Below, one piece after another: positions 31,241 to 40,869 of a stretch of DNA of 64,000 nucleotides. The notes under the pieces were generated by a model that worked only from the letters and a program-made list of their open reading frames with translations, made no database searches and was not told the origin of the DNA. The position numbers were made by a program, and so were the translations under genes. The stretch lies in the NCBI GenBank assembly GCA_002502095.1, contig DAPJ01000021.1, positions 29,069 to 93,068 on the forward strand. Direction: 5' to 3'. This stretch comes from Euryarchaeota archaeon UBA62. Lineage in GTDB: Archaea > Thermoplasmatota > Poseidoniia > Poseidoniales > Thalassarchaeaceae. The number at the start of each line of letters is the position of its first letter. Position 1 is the stretch's first letter.

Positions 31241-32017
31241 ATGCAGGACTGGGAAAGACTAGGTGAACAGATTACTGAATGGATATTAGACTATGCAAAA
31301 AGCAACGGGATAACAACCCTAGTAGTGGGAGTTTCTGGAGGGATAGATTCAGCTGTAACTTCCACCCTGTGCGCCAAAACTGGACTCAATACACTTGCTC
31401 TAAATATGCCTATCCATCAGATTGAGGATCAATTTGACCTCTCCAATCAGCATTTGTCATGGCTGACAAAAAACTGGGATAATGTAAGATCCGAGACTAT
31501 CGATTTGTCTGAAACATTTGACTCATTTAGTAGTGCCTTTGGGGACAACTTCACAAATCATAGTATGGCAAATTCTAGGGCCAGACTTAGGATGGCCGCC
31601 TTGTATAATTTCGCTGGTATTGAAGCCATCAATGGTATTGTTGTGGGTACGGGAAACAAGGTCGAAGATTTTGGAGTCGGATTCTACACCAAGTATGGCG
31701 ATGGAGGCGTAGACATCTCTCCAATCGCCGATCTCTACAAGTCAGAAGTCTACGCACTCGCCGGTGCTTTAGGAGTCATCCAAAAAATTCAAGACGCCGC
31801 ACCAACCGATGGCCTCTGGGCAGATGGTAGGACCGATGAGGAACAGATAGGGGCTACCTATGAGGAACTGGAGTGGGCTATGAGGGAGATCGAGGACCCT
31901 TCAGATGAGGAGCCCAGTGAAAGGCAGAGACAGGTAATGGCAAGATACATCGAACTCAATAAGGCCAATTCGCATAAGATGAAGCCTATTCCAGTGTTCA
32001 AGAGAAGTGACCGCTGA
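31241..32017 (+). CDS. nadE: NH3-dependent NAD+ synthetase
   Basis: GVSGGIDS, ARLRM, TKYGDG, PTDGLW...DE. Confidence 0.95.
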   Translation: MQDWERLGEQITEWILDYAKSNGITTLVVGVSGGIDSAVTSTLCAKTGLNTLALNMPIHQIEDQFDLSNQHLSWLTKNWDNVRSETIDLSETFDSFSSAFGDNFTNHSMANSRARLRMAALYNFAGIEAINGIVVGTGNKVEDFGVGFYTKYGDGGVDISPIADLYKSEVYALAGALGVIQKIQDAAPTDGLWADGRTDEEQIGATYEELEWAMREIEDPSDEEPSERQRQVMARYIELNKANSHKMKPIPVFKRSDR

Positions 32018-32591
32018 CTTCAATTATGGGCCACACCCCGGTTATTTCATGGATGAACTCTCACAAACCCAAACCAGCTATGCCGATAGTGGCCAGATGA
32101 TGGCCGTCGAGTTCGATAGGAAGATCATCATTTACTGGTGGATGTCTGCAAATGTGGGACTTCTATTTTCGGTGGTCGGAATCATACTAATGCCGATCTG
32201 GATTCCATTTGGGTGGCTTGTTCACCAGAAGCAGTACGAACATATGAGTGGGGCCCTCACAGAACGCTCGCTCAATATGCGCATGGGTTGGATGTTCAAG
32301 AAGCAGCAGAATATCGCCCTGGACAAGCTAACAGATGTCTCAATTCATGAGGGCCCCATTCTCAGTGCCTTCGGAGTCGTTAGGATGCAGTTCGAGACTG
32401 CTGGTGCGGCCCCATTCATACTGACTGGGGTGAAGAATGCCAACGAGTTCCGTGACCTCGTCCTCAGACAGAGGGACTCTCTGGTAACCGGGCCAGCTCA
32501 ACAATCTACACAAACAACCGAATCCAGCGATGTTCTAATTGAAATTAGGGATATTCTAACGAAGATTGAGTCCAAGCTATCAGAAGAATAG
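32007..32591 (+). CDS. Bacterial PH (bPH_2) domain membrane protein
   Basis: TM hairpin then LT-x-R-x-L-x-x-R-x-G...I-x-L-x-K-x-TDV...GP...ETAG; start may be 32049. Confidence 0.75.
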   Translation: MTADFNYGPHPGYFMDELSQTQTSYADSGQMMAVEFDRKIIIYWWMSANVGLLFSVVGIILMPIWIPFGWLVHQKQYEHMSGALTERSLNMRMGWMFKKQQNIALDKLTDVSIHEGPILSAFGVVRMQFETAGAAPFILTGVKNANEFRDLVLRQRDSLVTGPAQQSTQTTESSDVLIEIRDILTKIESKLSEE

Positions 32592-32592
32592 G

Positions 32593-33342
32593 TCATATTC
32601 CTGAGGAGATCTTCATCCTTTGGTACCATGGCCAAACTGTAGAGTGGCTCTCCACGATATCAAAGCCATACAATCCCTCCATTGACCTCAAGATCCCATA
32701 GTTTGCGAAGTCAGCTCCATTGGGGTTTTCCCCGCCGAAATAATCGCTCTTGATCCCACTGGACATGTGATCTAATTGAAACTCTAGGTTTTCTCTAGGG
32801 GGTAGTTCGAACATCTTGGCTCTGGACTTTCCTACCATCCTCATGATGATTCCACCTAACCATTTATTCACCAACCTAGCTCCAAATGAGAAGTTATCAA
32901 TCCTAGTGACATAGTCTAAGGCTTGTACGGAGGTCCTGTATGATTTGTATATCACAGCAACAATCGACTTTCCGAGAATTAGATTGGAGAAATCCATCCA
33001 TTCATCTTGCTCAGGGTCTTCTCCCTCCCGTGGGAAACTACTGGAATCCTTGCTGTCAATATAGTGTAAGATGTAATTGGAATCGTTAACTTGAGTTCCA
33101 TCGATATCTACGAAAACAGGTACAGCGCTCCATTCTGACCATTTCAACTGTGTCTTGAAAGTAGGATCTACTTCCACCTTTGAGTACTCTATTCCCCTGC
33201 TGCCTAGCAGTGCTTTGACCTTGAAGCAGAATGGACAGGTCTCAAAGCAGTACATGGTAGGAAGGCCGTCTACGACTCTTTCTGGGACTAGCGTATCTTG
33301 AACGCCCGAAGTAGCTGAAGCCTTATCCTTTTCATCTGCCAT
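32593..33342 (-). CDS. Glutathione S-transferase/glutaredoxin, prostaglandin E synthase-2-like
   Basis: TCPFCFKVKA, VEVDP, VPV, QVNDS, GGENPNGADFANYGILRSMEG. Confidence 0.82.
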   Translation of the reverse strand: MADEKDKASATSGVQDTLVPERVVDGLPTMYCFETCPFCFKVKALLGSRGIEYSKVEVDPTFKTQLKWSEWSAVPVFVDIDGTQVNDSNYILHYIDSKDSSSFPREGEDPEQDEWMDFSNLILGKSIVAVIYKSYRTSVQALDYVTRIDNFSFGARLVNKWLGGIIMRMVGKSRAKMFELPPRENLEFQLDHMSSGIKSDYFGGENPNGADFANYGILRSMEGLYGFDIVESHSTVWPWYQRMKISSGI

Positions 33343-33371
33343 GTCTTTCGCACCACCATTGAGTTTGTAGT

Positions 33372-33740
33372 TTATTTGTCTAGCCCCAAAGAAGACCTCA
33401 AGGTACTCTCGAACGAGCTAACCGACTTATTGCATCCTTCCAGACTTTCCGCATCGACGAGTATCCTCATTTCACCCGACTCCTCACCAACTACGCAAGG
33501 AGTCTTACCAGCAGTAAAATCAGCGAGCCCCTGACTTTGTTCATTCAGATGCAGAAGCTCAAAATCTACATCCAGGCCATTAGTGAAATCTTTCCAATCT
33601 CTCTTCATTGAGACTCCTTTGTGTGTGATGTCACAGAGTGAACAATGTGCCGTTCCAGTAATCTTTCCCCAGACGTATGAAAGCTCCCCAATGATCCCCC
33701 CATCTGCATGATAAATTCCGTAAATCTTCTCAATCTCCAT
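33372..33740 (-). CDS. Conserved hypothetical protein with CxxC
   Basis: YHADGG...HCSLCDITH. Confidence 0.65.
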   Translation of the reverse strand: MEIEKIYGIYHADGGIIGELSYVWGKITGTAHCSLCDITHKGVSMKRDWKDFTNGLDVDFELLHLNEQSQGLADFTAGKTPCVVGEESGEMRILVDAESLEGCNKSVSSFESTLRSSLGLDK

Positions 33741-33924
33741 CTTCTCACCATTTGGGTCATTGTTGTATCATATACCAAGTGTTAATACCTCTACATCCGG
33801 GCTTACGCAACTGACTATGCTAGACTGAATCAGTAGATAATATGGAGTTCTCCACCGTAGCATAAATATCATCATATCATAATCAATTTTCTCATTTACA
33901 CCTAATCTTGAAGGTGCTTCCACC

Positions 33925-35679
33925 GTGTCACCATGTGTGGACGTCCCTTCAGAATTGAACTCAATGCTCGTTGGCCAACATGGCCCCACCAAGCAGAAGG
34001 CGGCTAGGCTGGTTGTGGATTTGGCTTCAACAGCGGGGGCCAGTGAATTCGTCAGGGTCAGTAATGCACATGTCTCAGGAGTCAGCGTGATCACTGGCGG
34101 ACATGGACTAAGGAGGTTCTTAGCAGATTTATCTGGTGATCCTTTGGGGAAGATAACTATACCAACGACTCTGAATTCTGCAGGTTGTGATCATGAGAAG
34201 ATGGAGGAGATGGGAATAGACTATCCAGATTTTCTCGAGCAACAATTCGAAATCGTACACTCATATTCAGAACTCGGAATAGAAGCTACCCTCTCATGCA
34301 CCCCCTACGATAGGGGAATAGAAGACGTGGATGGAATCGGCTCATGGGCCGAATCAAATGCTGTTTGCTTCTCAAATTCCTACACTTCACTGGTGACAAA
34401 TAGGGAATCCGGACTTTCTGCTTTGGCGACAGCCTTGACCGGTTGGGCTCCCAAATGGGGCTTACATATGGATGAGAATAGAATCCCAAACATATTCGTT
34501 CAAGTTGAGTGTGAGATGGAAGATATAACTGACTGGAGTATACTAGGTGATTGGATAGGAAAACAAATCAAACCCGAATGGAATCTTCCATGGGGCCCGA
34601 TGCCAAGGATTAGTGGACTTCCTCCTGCAACATTTGAGATGAAAAAAGCATTAACTGCGGCGGCGGCTAATTATGGATGTCCGATGCTGTGGGCTGACGG
34701 GCTAACCCCAGACCCGCCAACGGTTCAATCATACGAAGGAGTATTGAACTTCAAAGAATCAGATTTGTCTGAAAGATATCGTGATCTATCTCCCAAGGGA
34801 AAGGTAGATTTGGTAGTTATTGGATGTCCCCAGGCCAGTGTTGGAGAAGCCAGGACAACCGCTGCATTCATGCGTTCGAGGATGGAATTAGGTGAGAAAA
34901 TACCAGATCATAGACTCTGGGTCTTCATGAGCTCTCATAATTACGATATGATAGAGGCGGATGGAACGCTGGATATTCTAGAGGAGGGTGGCGCATTGGT
35001 TCTGAGGGACACTTGTCCTGAGGTGACTCCTTACAACCGTTCTCGATACAATCACTTACTAACCAACTCGCTAAAGGCAGAGCATTATCTAACTAGTGGA
35101 CTTAACAAGATGCCAACAAGCGTGGCTAAAATCGAAGACTGTGTGTCCCATGCATTTGACCCTTCACTGATTACCGGTGAAAGACCCACACTCTCCTCGG
35201 GAAAAGTCAAGAAGTCAATATCTTCCAAATATGTTGCTAAGGGCGATTTTTCTACTGAAGGACGCGGAATACCAAGTCAGGATGAATGGTCAGTAACAGG
35301 AAAGGCTCTCGTTACGGACGTACCGATTACATATCTGGGATACGTAAATAGAGACACAGGAGTAATAGAGGAGCCGGGACACCCTCTTGATGGCATAGAA
35401 ATCGCAGATAAGATACTGATATACCCCAAGGGATCAGGTTCTACTGTTGCCCCATTCGTCCTAATGGGCTTGATTTACACAGGAGTGGGCCCATTGGCTA
35501 TTATCAATCGAGATGTTTGCCCCCTGACTCTACCAGCCGCGTCTCTCTTAGGGACTCCATATGCACATAGTTTTGAGAATGATCCGATTCAGGAAATCAA
35601 TACAGGGGACGAAGTTAGAATGGAACTAATGAATGGAAAAGTCAGTATGTATGTGATGTCCAGATTTAGCGAGGGTTGA
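33925..35679 (+). CDS. Aconitase X, fused catalytic (DUF521-like) and swiveling (DUF126-like) domains; probable phosphomevalonate dehydratase
   Basis: AHVSGVS, SCTPY, WAESNAV, GCPQ, DTC; C-terminal GKALVT...TGVI...HPL...KGSGSTV. Confidence 0.85.
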   Translation: MSPCVDVPSELNSMLVGQHGPTKQKAARLVVDLASTAGASEFVRVSNAHVSGVSVITGGHGLRRFLADLSGDPLGKITIPTTLNSAGCDHEKMEEMGIDYPDFLEQQFEIVHSYSELGIEATLSCTPYDRGIEDVDGIGSWAESNAVCFSNSYTSLVTNRESGLSALATALTGWAPKWGLHMDENRIPNIFVQVECEMEDITDWSILGDWIGKQIKPEWNLPWGPMPRISGLPPATFEMKKALTAAAANYGCPMLWADGLTPDPPTVQSYEGVLNFKESDLSERYRDLSPKGKVDLVVIGCPQASVGEARTTAAFMRSRMELGEKIPDHRLWVFMSSHNYDMIEADGTLDILEEGGALVLRDTCPEVTPYNRSRYNHLLTNSLKAEHYLTSGLNKMPTSVAKIEDCVSHAFDPSLITGERPTLSSGKVKKSISSKYVAKGDFSTEGRGIPSQDEWSVTGKALVTDVPITYLGYVNRDTGVIEEPGHPLDGIEIADKILIYPKGSGSTVAPFVLMGLIYTGVGPLAIINRDVCPLTLPAASLLGTPYAHSFENDPIQEINTGDEVRMELMNGKVSMYVMSRFSEG

Positions 35680-35703
35680 TGACGGAAACTCATACCCACA
35701 ACC

Positions 35704-37833
35704 ATGGACTCGAACCGGGAACCGGAACCCTGCCGGCCCCAAGACTGGGGCAAGTTCGAGATAACCAATAGGGATGGCGCTGCTAGGATTGGGAAATTCC
35801 ATACCCGTCATGGAGTAGTCACCACTCCAATGTTACTTCCTGTGGTCAACCCAAATTTACGGACCATAGAGCCGAGGGAAATGTGGGACATGTACGGTAT
35901 CGAAGCTCTGATAACAAATTCCTATGTGATTTGGAAGCATGAGAAGCTTAGTATTCCCGCTAAATCGGATGGAATTCACAAATTATTGAATTTTCCCGGA
36001 GCAATAGTAACCGACTCAGGAACGTTCCAGTCGTATGTCTATGGGGATGTTGAGGTTTCACCAGAAGAGATTGTTTCATTCCAAAGAGAAATCGGAGTTG
36101 ATGTGGGAACTATGTTGGATGTTTTCGGAAGACCCGATATGAGTAGGGAACAAATTGAACATGCAGTAGATGAGACCTTCGATAGGGCAAATATATCCCT
36201 ACTGGAAGCAAGAGATGATATCTTACTCAATGGACCAATCCAAGGAGGACTTCATCACGATTTAAGAGCTCAATCTGCGAGATTAATGAGTCAAGTACAA
36301 GATTCAGGGAAGACATTTGCAGTTCATCCAATAGGAGGCATTGTCCCTCTGATGGAACAACAGAGATATCTAGAGTTATTCGGAATTATATTGGCCGCAA
36401 GATCGGAAATACCCCCTGATAAGCCAATACACATGTTCGGTTGTGGACATCCACTTCTCTTCCCACTATCTGTGGCCTTAGGAGTTGATTTCTTCGATAG
36501 TGCCGCATATGCACTATTCGCTCGTGACGATAGAATACTTACTCCTGAGGGAACAGTAAAGATACAAGGTTTGAATGAGTGGCCTGTAACATCTTCCGCG
36601 CTCTTTGGAAAGACTCCAAAAATGGTTCTGGAAATGACCAAAGAAAGAAGATCAGAGATTCTAGCACATCACAATCTAGAGGTTACCCAGGCCGAACTAG
36701 CTAGGTGTAGGGAGGCTATTAGGGATGGAAGTATTTGGAAACTTGCTGAGGTAAGAAGCCATGCTTCTCCTAGGCTCAGGGAAGCTTTCGAATGGGTTTT
36801 GGATCAACTCGAAGAGCTCGATGATTCAGAAGTCGGCTCAACACTTCTGGAGCTCATGGCTTCTACAAATCCCATCAGGAAAGGCGGAGAGTCACTTTCT
36901 GAGGACATAGCTTTCAGGCCACACATTCTCCATCTTCTAGCCTTGATCTCACTGAGGTGGCGTCTACCCGGGTCTTGGTGGGATGGTAGCTCTGGACCTC
37001 CAGAAAGAGTCCTGATAATCCAAAATTCTCCACCTCCCTGGAGAGAAAGCGCTCTTGGCTCAATAGTTGAGAATCTAATCGAGAATCCCAAGACAGTAGT
37101 TCTGGTAGCTACACCCTTGGGGCCAATCCCCTATTCCTTCGAAGACGTCTCTCCTTTCTGTCACTTAGATGGCCCTGACTCTATTTGGTCTGTTGAATTC
37201 GATCAGAGCAATTCTCTCGAAGACGTTTCATATCTTGGACTAGAGGAAATTCCTATCAAAACTTCATCACCAAAGATTTTAGGAGAATCTTCAGAAGAAA
37301 TTAGTAAGATAAGAACATGGCTAGACAGGTGTTCGATTGTTGACAAATTATCAGTTTTCTGTGGAGTTCACCCAAAGAAACTCTGCGAAGTATCGGAGAT
37401 AATGGAAGCAAGAAGATCCAATACCGATAGGATGGTGAATGTTAGTTTCAATGGGCAACATGTACTGTCTCCAAGATTGAAGGACGGGGGCATTTCCTTG
37501 ACTTCAGAAGGGGCAAGAGTTCTGTATTCACTCAACCCAGGAGTCCCAGATTTATTTGATGAAGAAAACTCTTCTGAGGAGGAAGATTATCCGGGTATAC
37601 CAAGAGTGATGATTTCCGAAGATGCGATACCTTTCGTCGGAGATGGACGTAACGTAATGCATGGTTACATAATTGGTGCCGATCCTCATACCACTCCCGG
37701 ACAACCATGTGTAGTAGTCTCTCAAGAAGGGGATTTGGTAGCTCATGGAGTTCCCACTTCAACAACATTAGAGATGGCTACTTTCAAGAAGGGGATCGCG
37801 GTTAAAGTTAGAGATGGGTGCTTAAAAGAGTGA
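35704..37833 (+). CDS. tgtA: tRNA-guanine(15) transglycosylase (archaeosine TGT)
   Basis: DGAARIG, TDSGTFQ, HPIGGIVPLME, HMFGCGHP, DFFDSAAY; C-terminal PUA-like domain. Confidence 0.95.
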   Translation: MDSNREPEPCRPQDWGKFEITNRDGAARIGKFHTRHGVVTTPMLLPVVNPNLRTIEPREMWDMYGIEALITNSYVIWKHEKLSIPAKSDGIHKLLNFPGAIVTDSGTFQSYVYGDVEVSPEEIVSFQREIGVDVGTMLDVFGRPDMSREQIEHAVDETFDRANISLLEARDDILLNGPIQGGLHHDLRAQSARLMSQVQDSGKTFAVHPIGGIVPLMEQQRYLELFGIILAARSEIPPDKPIHMFGCGHPLLFPLSVALGVDFFDSAAYALFARDDRILTPEGTVKIQGLNEWPVTSSALFGKTPKMVLEMTKERRSEILAHHNLEVTQAELARCREAIRDGSIWKLAEVRSHASPRLREAFEWVLDQLEELDDSEVGSTLLELMASTNPIRKGGESLSEDIAFRPHILHLLALISLRWRLPGSWWDGSSGPPERVLIIQNSPPPWRESALGSIVENLIENPKTVVLVATPLGPIPYSFEDVSPFCHLDGPDSIWSVEFDQSNSLEDVSYLGLEEIPIKTSSPKILGESSEEISKIRTWLDRCSIVDKLSVFCGVHPKKLCEVSEIMEARRSNTDRMVNVSFNGQHVLSPRLKDGGISLTSEGARVLYSLNPGVPDLFDEENSSEEEDYPGIPRVMISEDAIPFVGDGRNVMHGYIIGADPHTTPGQPCVVVSQEGDLVAHGVPTSTTLEMATFKKGIAVKVRDGCLKE

Positions 37834-37934
37834 GCATACATAATCAACTATCTGTGGTTGGTATTTTCGGGGATTAATTCAAGTGTTGCCTTCCAGAGGG
37901 CCTATTGACTCCCTACGGGAGTCGGGTGCTATAC

Positions 37935-38927
37935 ATGGTCTCCGATGCAGTCGATGAGATGCTGATAACAGCACGCTCAATGAGGAAAATGTATGGCCCT
38001 CACCTAGCTCTAGATGATGTTAGTCTAGACATCCCGCATGGCGCTGTAGGAATTCTAGGTCCAAATGGAGCGGGTAAATCGACATTTTTCAAATGCCTAC
38101 TTGGTCTCATAAAGACAACCTCTGGCTCTGGAAAGGTATTGGGGCACGATATCAGGACTGAAGGGGAGTTGATACGCTCAAAGATTGGATATATGCCCGA
38201 ATATGACTCCCTTGATCCCGGCCTTACTGCAATTGACCAAGTTAGGTATTCTGGTGAGTTATTGGGGATGAACCCAGACGCCGCTACCCAGAGAGCACAT
38301 GAAGTACTGCAATACGTAGGCCTGAAAGATCAGAGATACAGAAAAATCGAGACCTTTAGCACGGGTATGAAACAAGCTGCTAAATTAGCCTGTGCGCTAA
38401 TACATGATCCAGAGATTCTGATTTGCGATGAGCCAACTAATGGATTAGATCAGAGGGCCAGGGAATTCATGCTACAGACTCTAAGAAAGACCGTAATTGA
38501 AGGTGGAAGATCAGTACTGATGAGTAGTCATGTAATGGACGATGTAGAAACCGTATGTGATAGTATTGTGATGATTCACAAAGGCAAGATAGTCGTCCAC
38601 AGGAGTATAGACGACATGGTCAAACAGGTTGAGAAGGAAATAGAAATCTCAGTCTGGGGAGGGGCATCTCAGATGGAAAGTGAACTGTCTTCAAGAGGAC
38701 TTTCTGTCAGGAGGATGGGGAGAAATATGAGGGTCACCAAGGTCGATGAGGATACATATACCGAGATACTGTCATCTGCGGCCAAAGCAGGAGTTCAAGT
38801 TAGGAAAATGACAGAATATGAGCCAGATTTAGAGGATATTTTCCTTCTGATAATGGATAAGCTAGGCGAAGAAGTTAGGGAAACAGGAGAATTGATGACT
38901 TCCGACCATACGGGGGAGGGGCTATGA
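37935..38927 (+). CDS. ABC transporter ATP-binding protein
   Basis: GPNGAGKS, FSTGMKQ, DEPTNGLD, SSH. Confidence 0.95.
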   Translation: MVSDAVDEMLITARSMRKMYGPHLALDDVSLDIPHGAVGILGPNGAGKSTFFKCLLGLIKTTSGSGKVLGHDIRTEGELIRSKIGYMPEYDSLDPGLTAIDQVRYSGELLGMNPDAATQRAHEVLQYVGLKDQRYRKIETFSTGMKQAAKLACALIHDPEILICDEPTNGLDQRAREFMLQTLRKTVIEGGRSVLMSSHVMDDVETVCDSIVMIHKGKIVVHRSIDDMVKQVEKEIEISVWGGASQMESELSSRGLSVRRMGRNMRVTKVDEDTYTEILSSAAKAGVQVRKMTEYEPDLEDIFLLIMDKLGEEVRETGELMTSDHTGEGL

Positions 38928-39937
38928 CTTCCGAACTGGATATCTCTGGTGGCACGACCAGGATGGAATCAGCATTTGGATCTGGAGACGGAGATGATGA
39001 GGCAAAGGCTTCAGTAGCACAGAAAGCCGAAGTTAAAGGCTCAATATTTGAACAGACATATCGTCCATGGAGAGGCTCTTTAGGGCCCAGGTGGGTCAGG
39101 AACTATGCGATCTTCCGACACCATGTCTACGGTTTATTTTCAAGTAAGGGGCACAGATACTATCACCCTATTGTCAGACTCACTATCCTCATAGTATTCC
39201 TATTCTCTCTTTCTCCAGTAGCAATGCTATTTTTGGCATCATTGGGAGGGCAAGGAGGTTTCGGGGAGGTACTTTCCAGGATGTGGGGCATTAACAGGTA
39301 TAACTTGTGGGGCCAAGTACTCGGATTCTTCCCACGTAATCTTTGCATGTGGCCGCTCCTTACTGCACTTGTTGTGGGGGGCATGATTTCAGATGACCGT
39401 AGAAACGGAACGAGTGCCATATACTTCTCAAGACCAGTCAATAGGATAGATTACACGGCTATGAAATATCTTAGTAGCGCAGTAGTATTGGGCTTCGTGA
39501 TAGTTTTCTCTTACATGGTTTACTATACTAGTGCAATAGTCTTGAACGGAGAGGGTTGGGCATTTCTGATCGATACCTTTCCCATCTTCATGGGGGGGCT
39601 GTTAGCGGGAATTCTTTTGGTTCTAACTTACACTTCTATTGGCCTAGCACTTTCCAGTATCAGTCAAAGTAGATTCTTCGCCGCAGTAGCCTTCTTGGCA
39701 GTTATCTACGGGACGAAGATGGTCGCATTCCTAATCGAGTCTACGTTCGAATCATCGATCCTCTATCTATTGAGTCCTTATGATGGTCTGGCCCATATAG
39801 GGCAGTGGCTAGTTGGAATAGAGTCTAATTATGACTATCCTCTCGCCTTTTCAATCGTCTCAATATTACTCATCAATTCCTTATCACTGGCTTTACTCAC
39901 GAGTAGGGTTAGTTCTCTGGAGGTGACTAGAGAATGA
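38924..39937 (+). CDS. ABC-2 type transporter permease
   Basis: Six TMs; ISDDRRNG...YFSRPV. Confidence 0.87.
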   Translation: MTSELDISGGTTRMESAFGSGDGDDEAKASVAQKAEVKGSIFEQTYRPWRGSLGPRWVRNYAIFRHHVYGLFSSKGHRYYHPIVRLTILIVFLFSLSPVAMLFLASLGGQGGFGEVLSRMWGINRYNLWGQVLGFFPRNLCMWPLLTALVVGGMISDDRRNGTSAIYFSRPVNRIDYTAMKYLSSAVVLGFVIVFSYMVYYTSAIVLNGEGWAFLIDTFPIFMGGLLAGILLVLTYTSIGLALSSISQSRFFAAVAFLAVIYGTKMVAFLIESTFESSILYLLSPYDGLAHIGQWLVGIESNYDYPLAFSIVSILLINSLSLALLTSRVSSLEVTRE

Positions 39938-40869
39938 CTGCAAAGGCCCCGGCTGTAATGATTGAATCTGCTTCTAAGTGGTACGGAGAAGTGATAGGAC
40001 TCAATGATGTTTCTCTAGCAATAGATGGCGGAGTTACAGGTGTTTTAGGTCCCAATGGTGCTGGTAAATCAACACTATTCAAACTACTTCTAGGTAGACT
40101 CAAGCCAAGCCAAGGTTCAGTGAGATTGTTCGGTACTGATCCGTGGGAGAGCACGTCTCCCTTCAGAAGAGTAGGTTATGTTAGCGAAACCGAACCATTG
40201 TATGAGTGGATGACTGGATTGGATTTCCTTATGACCATGGCGAGACTGCATGGAATGACTAGGGACGAGGCTAGGGAAAGGGCTGAGCATGTCTTGGAAT
40301 TCGTTGGCTTGAGTGATGTTCGTCACAAAGAAGTTGGCAAGTATAGTAAGGGCATGAGGCAGAGAGTGAAGATTGCCCATGCACTTGTTCATGATCCGGA
40401 TCTGATAATTCTCGACGAGCCCTTACATGGTTGCGACCCTCTCGCCAGAACCAGTATAATGAGCGTTATCAGAGAGCTAGGTAATCGTGGAAAAACTGTA
40501 ATTGTTTCCAGTCACATACTTGAGGAAATAGAGAGAATTACAGAGCAGATTGTGATTCTCCATAATGGTAGACTACTCGCTCTTGGTAATCTACATGCCA
40601 TTAGGGGCCTTCTAGATAAACACCCTCATAGAATTCTACTTGAAACAGAATCTCCTAGAGATTTGGCCAAGGAATTAATTACAAGAAAGCCGATATACGG
40701 TGTTAGGTTTCCAGAGGAGGGTTTTCTGGAAATTCAGACAGGGGACCTCTCCGCCGCACATGAAATTCTTCCTAGCGCAATAATTGAATCTGGAATCAGG
40801 GTCACTGCAGTTGAGAATCCTGATGATAACCTGGACTCACTACTCGGGTATCTCGTAGGAGGTGGATGA
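39934..40869 (+). CDS. ABC transporter ATP-binding protein
   Basis: GPNGAGKS, YSKGMRQR, LDEP, SSH. Confidence 0.95.
   Translation: MTAKAPAVMIESASKWYGEVIGLNDVSLAIDGGVTGVLGPNGAGKSTLFKLLLGRLKPSQGSVRLFGTDPWESTSPFRRVGYVSETEPLYEWMTGLDFLMTMARLHGMTRDEARERAEHVLEFVGLSDVRHKEVGKYSKGMRQRVKIAHALVHDPDLIILDEPLHGCDPLARTSIMSVIRELGNRGKTVIVSSHILEEIERITEQIVILHNGRLLALGNLHAIRGLLDKHPHRILLETESPRDLAKELITRKPIYGVRFPEEGFLEIQTGDLSAAHEILPSAIIESGIRVTAVENPDDNLDSLLGYLVGGG

Noticed and set aside
33741..33924. Possible ncRNA in a longer intergenic region (also 18357-18500)
   Set aside because: No convincing stem-loops or known RNA motifs seen; consistent with divergent promoter regions
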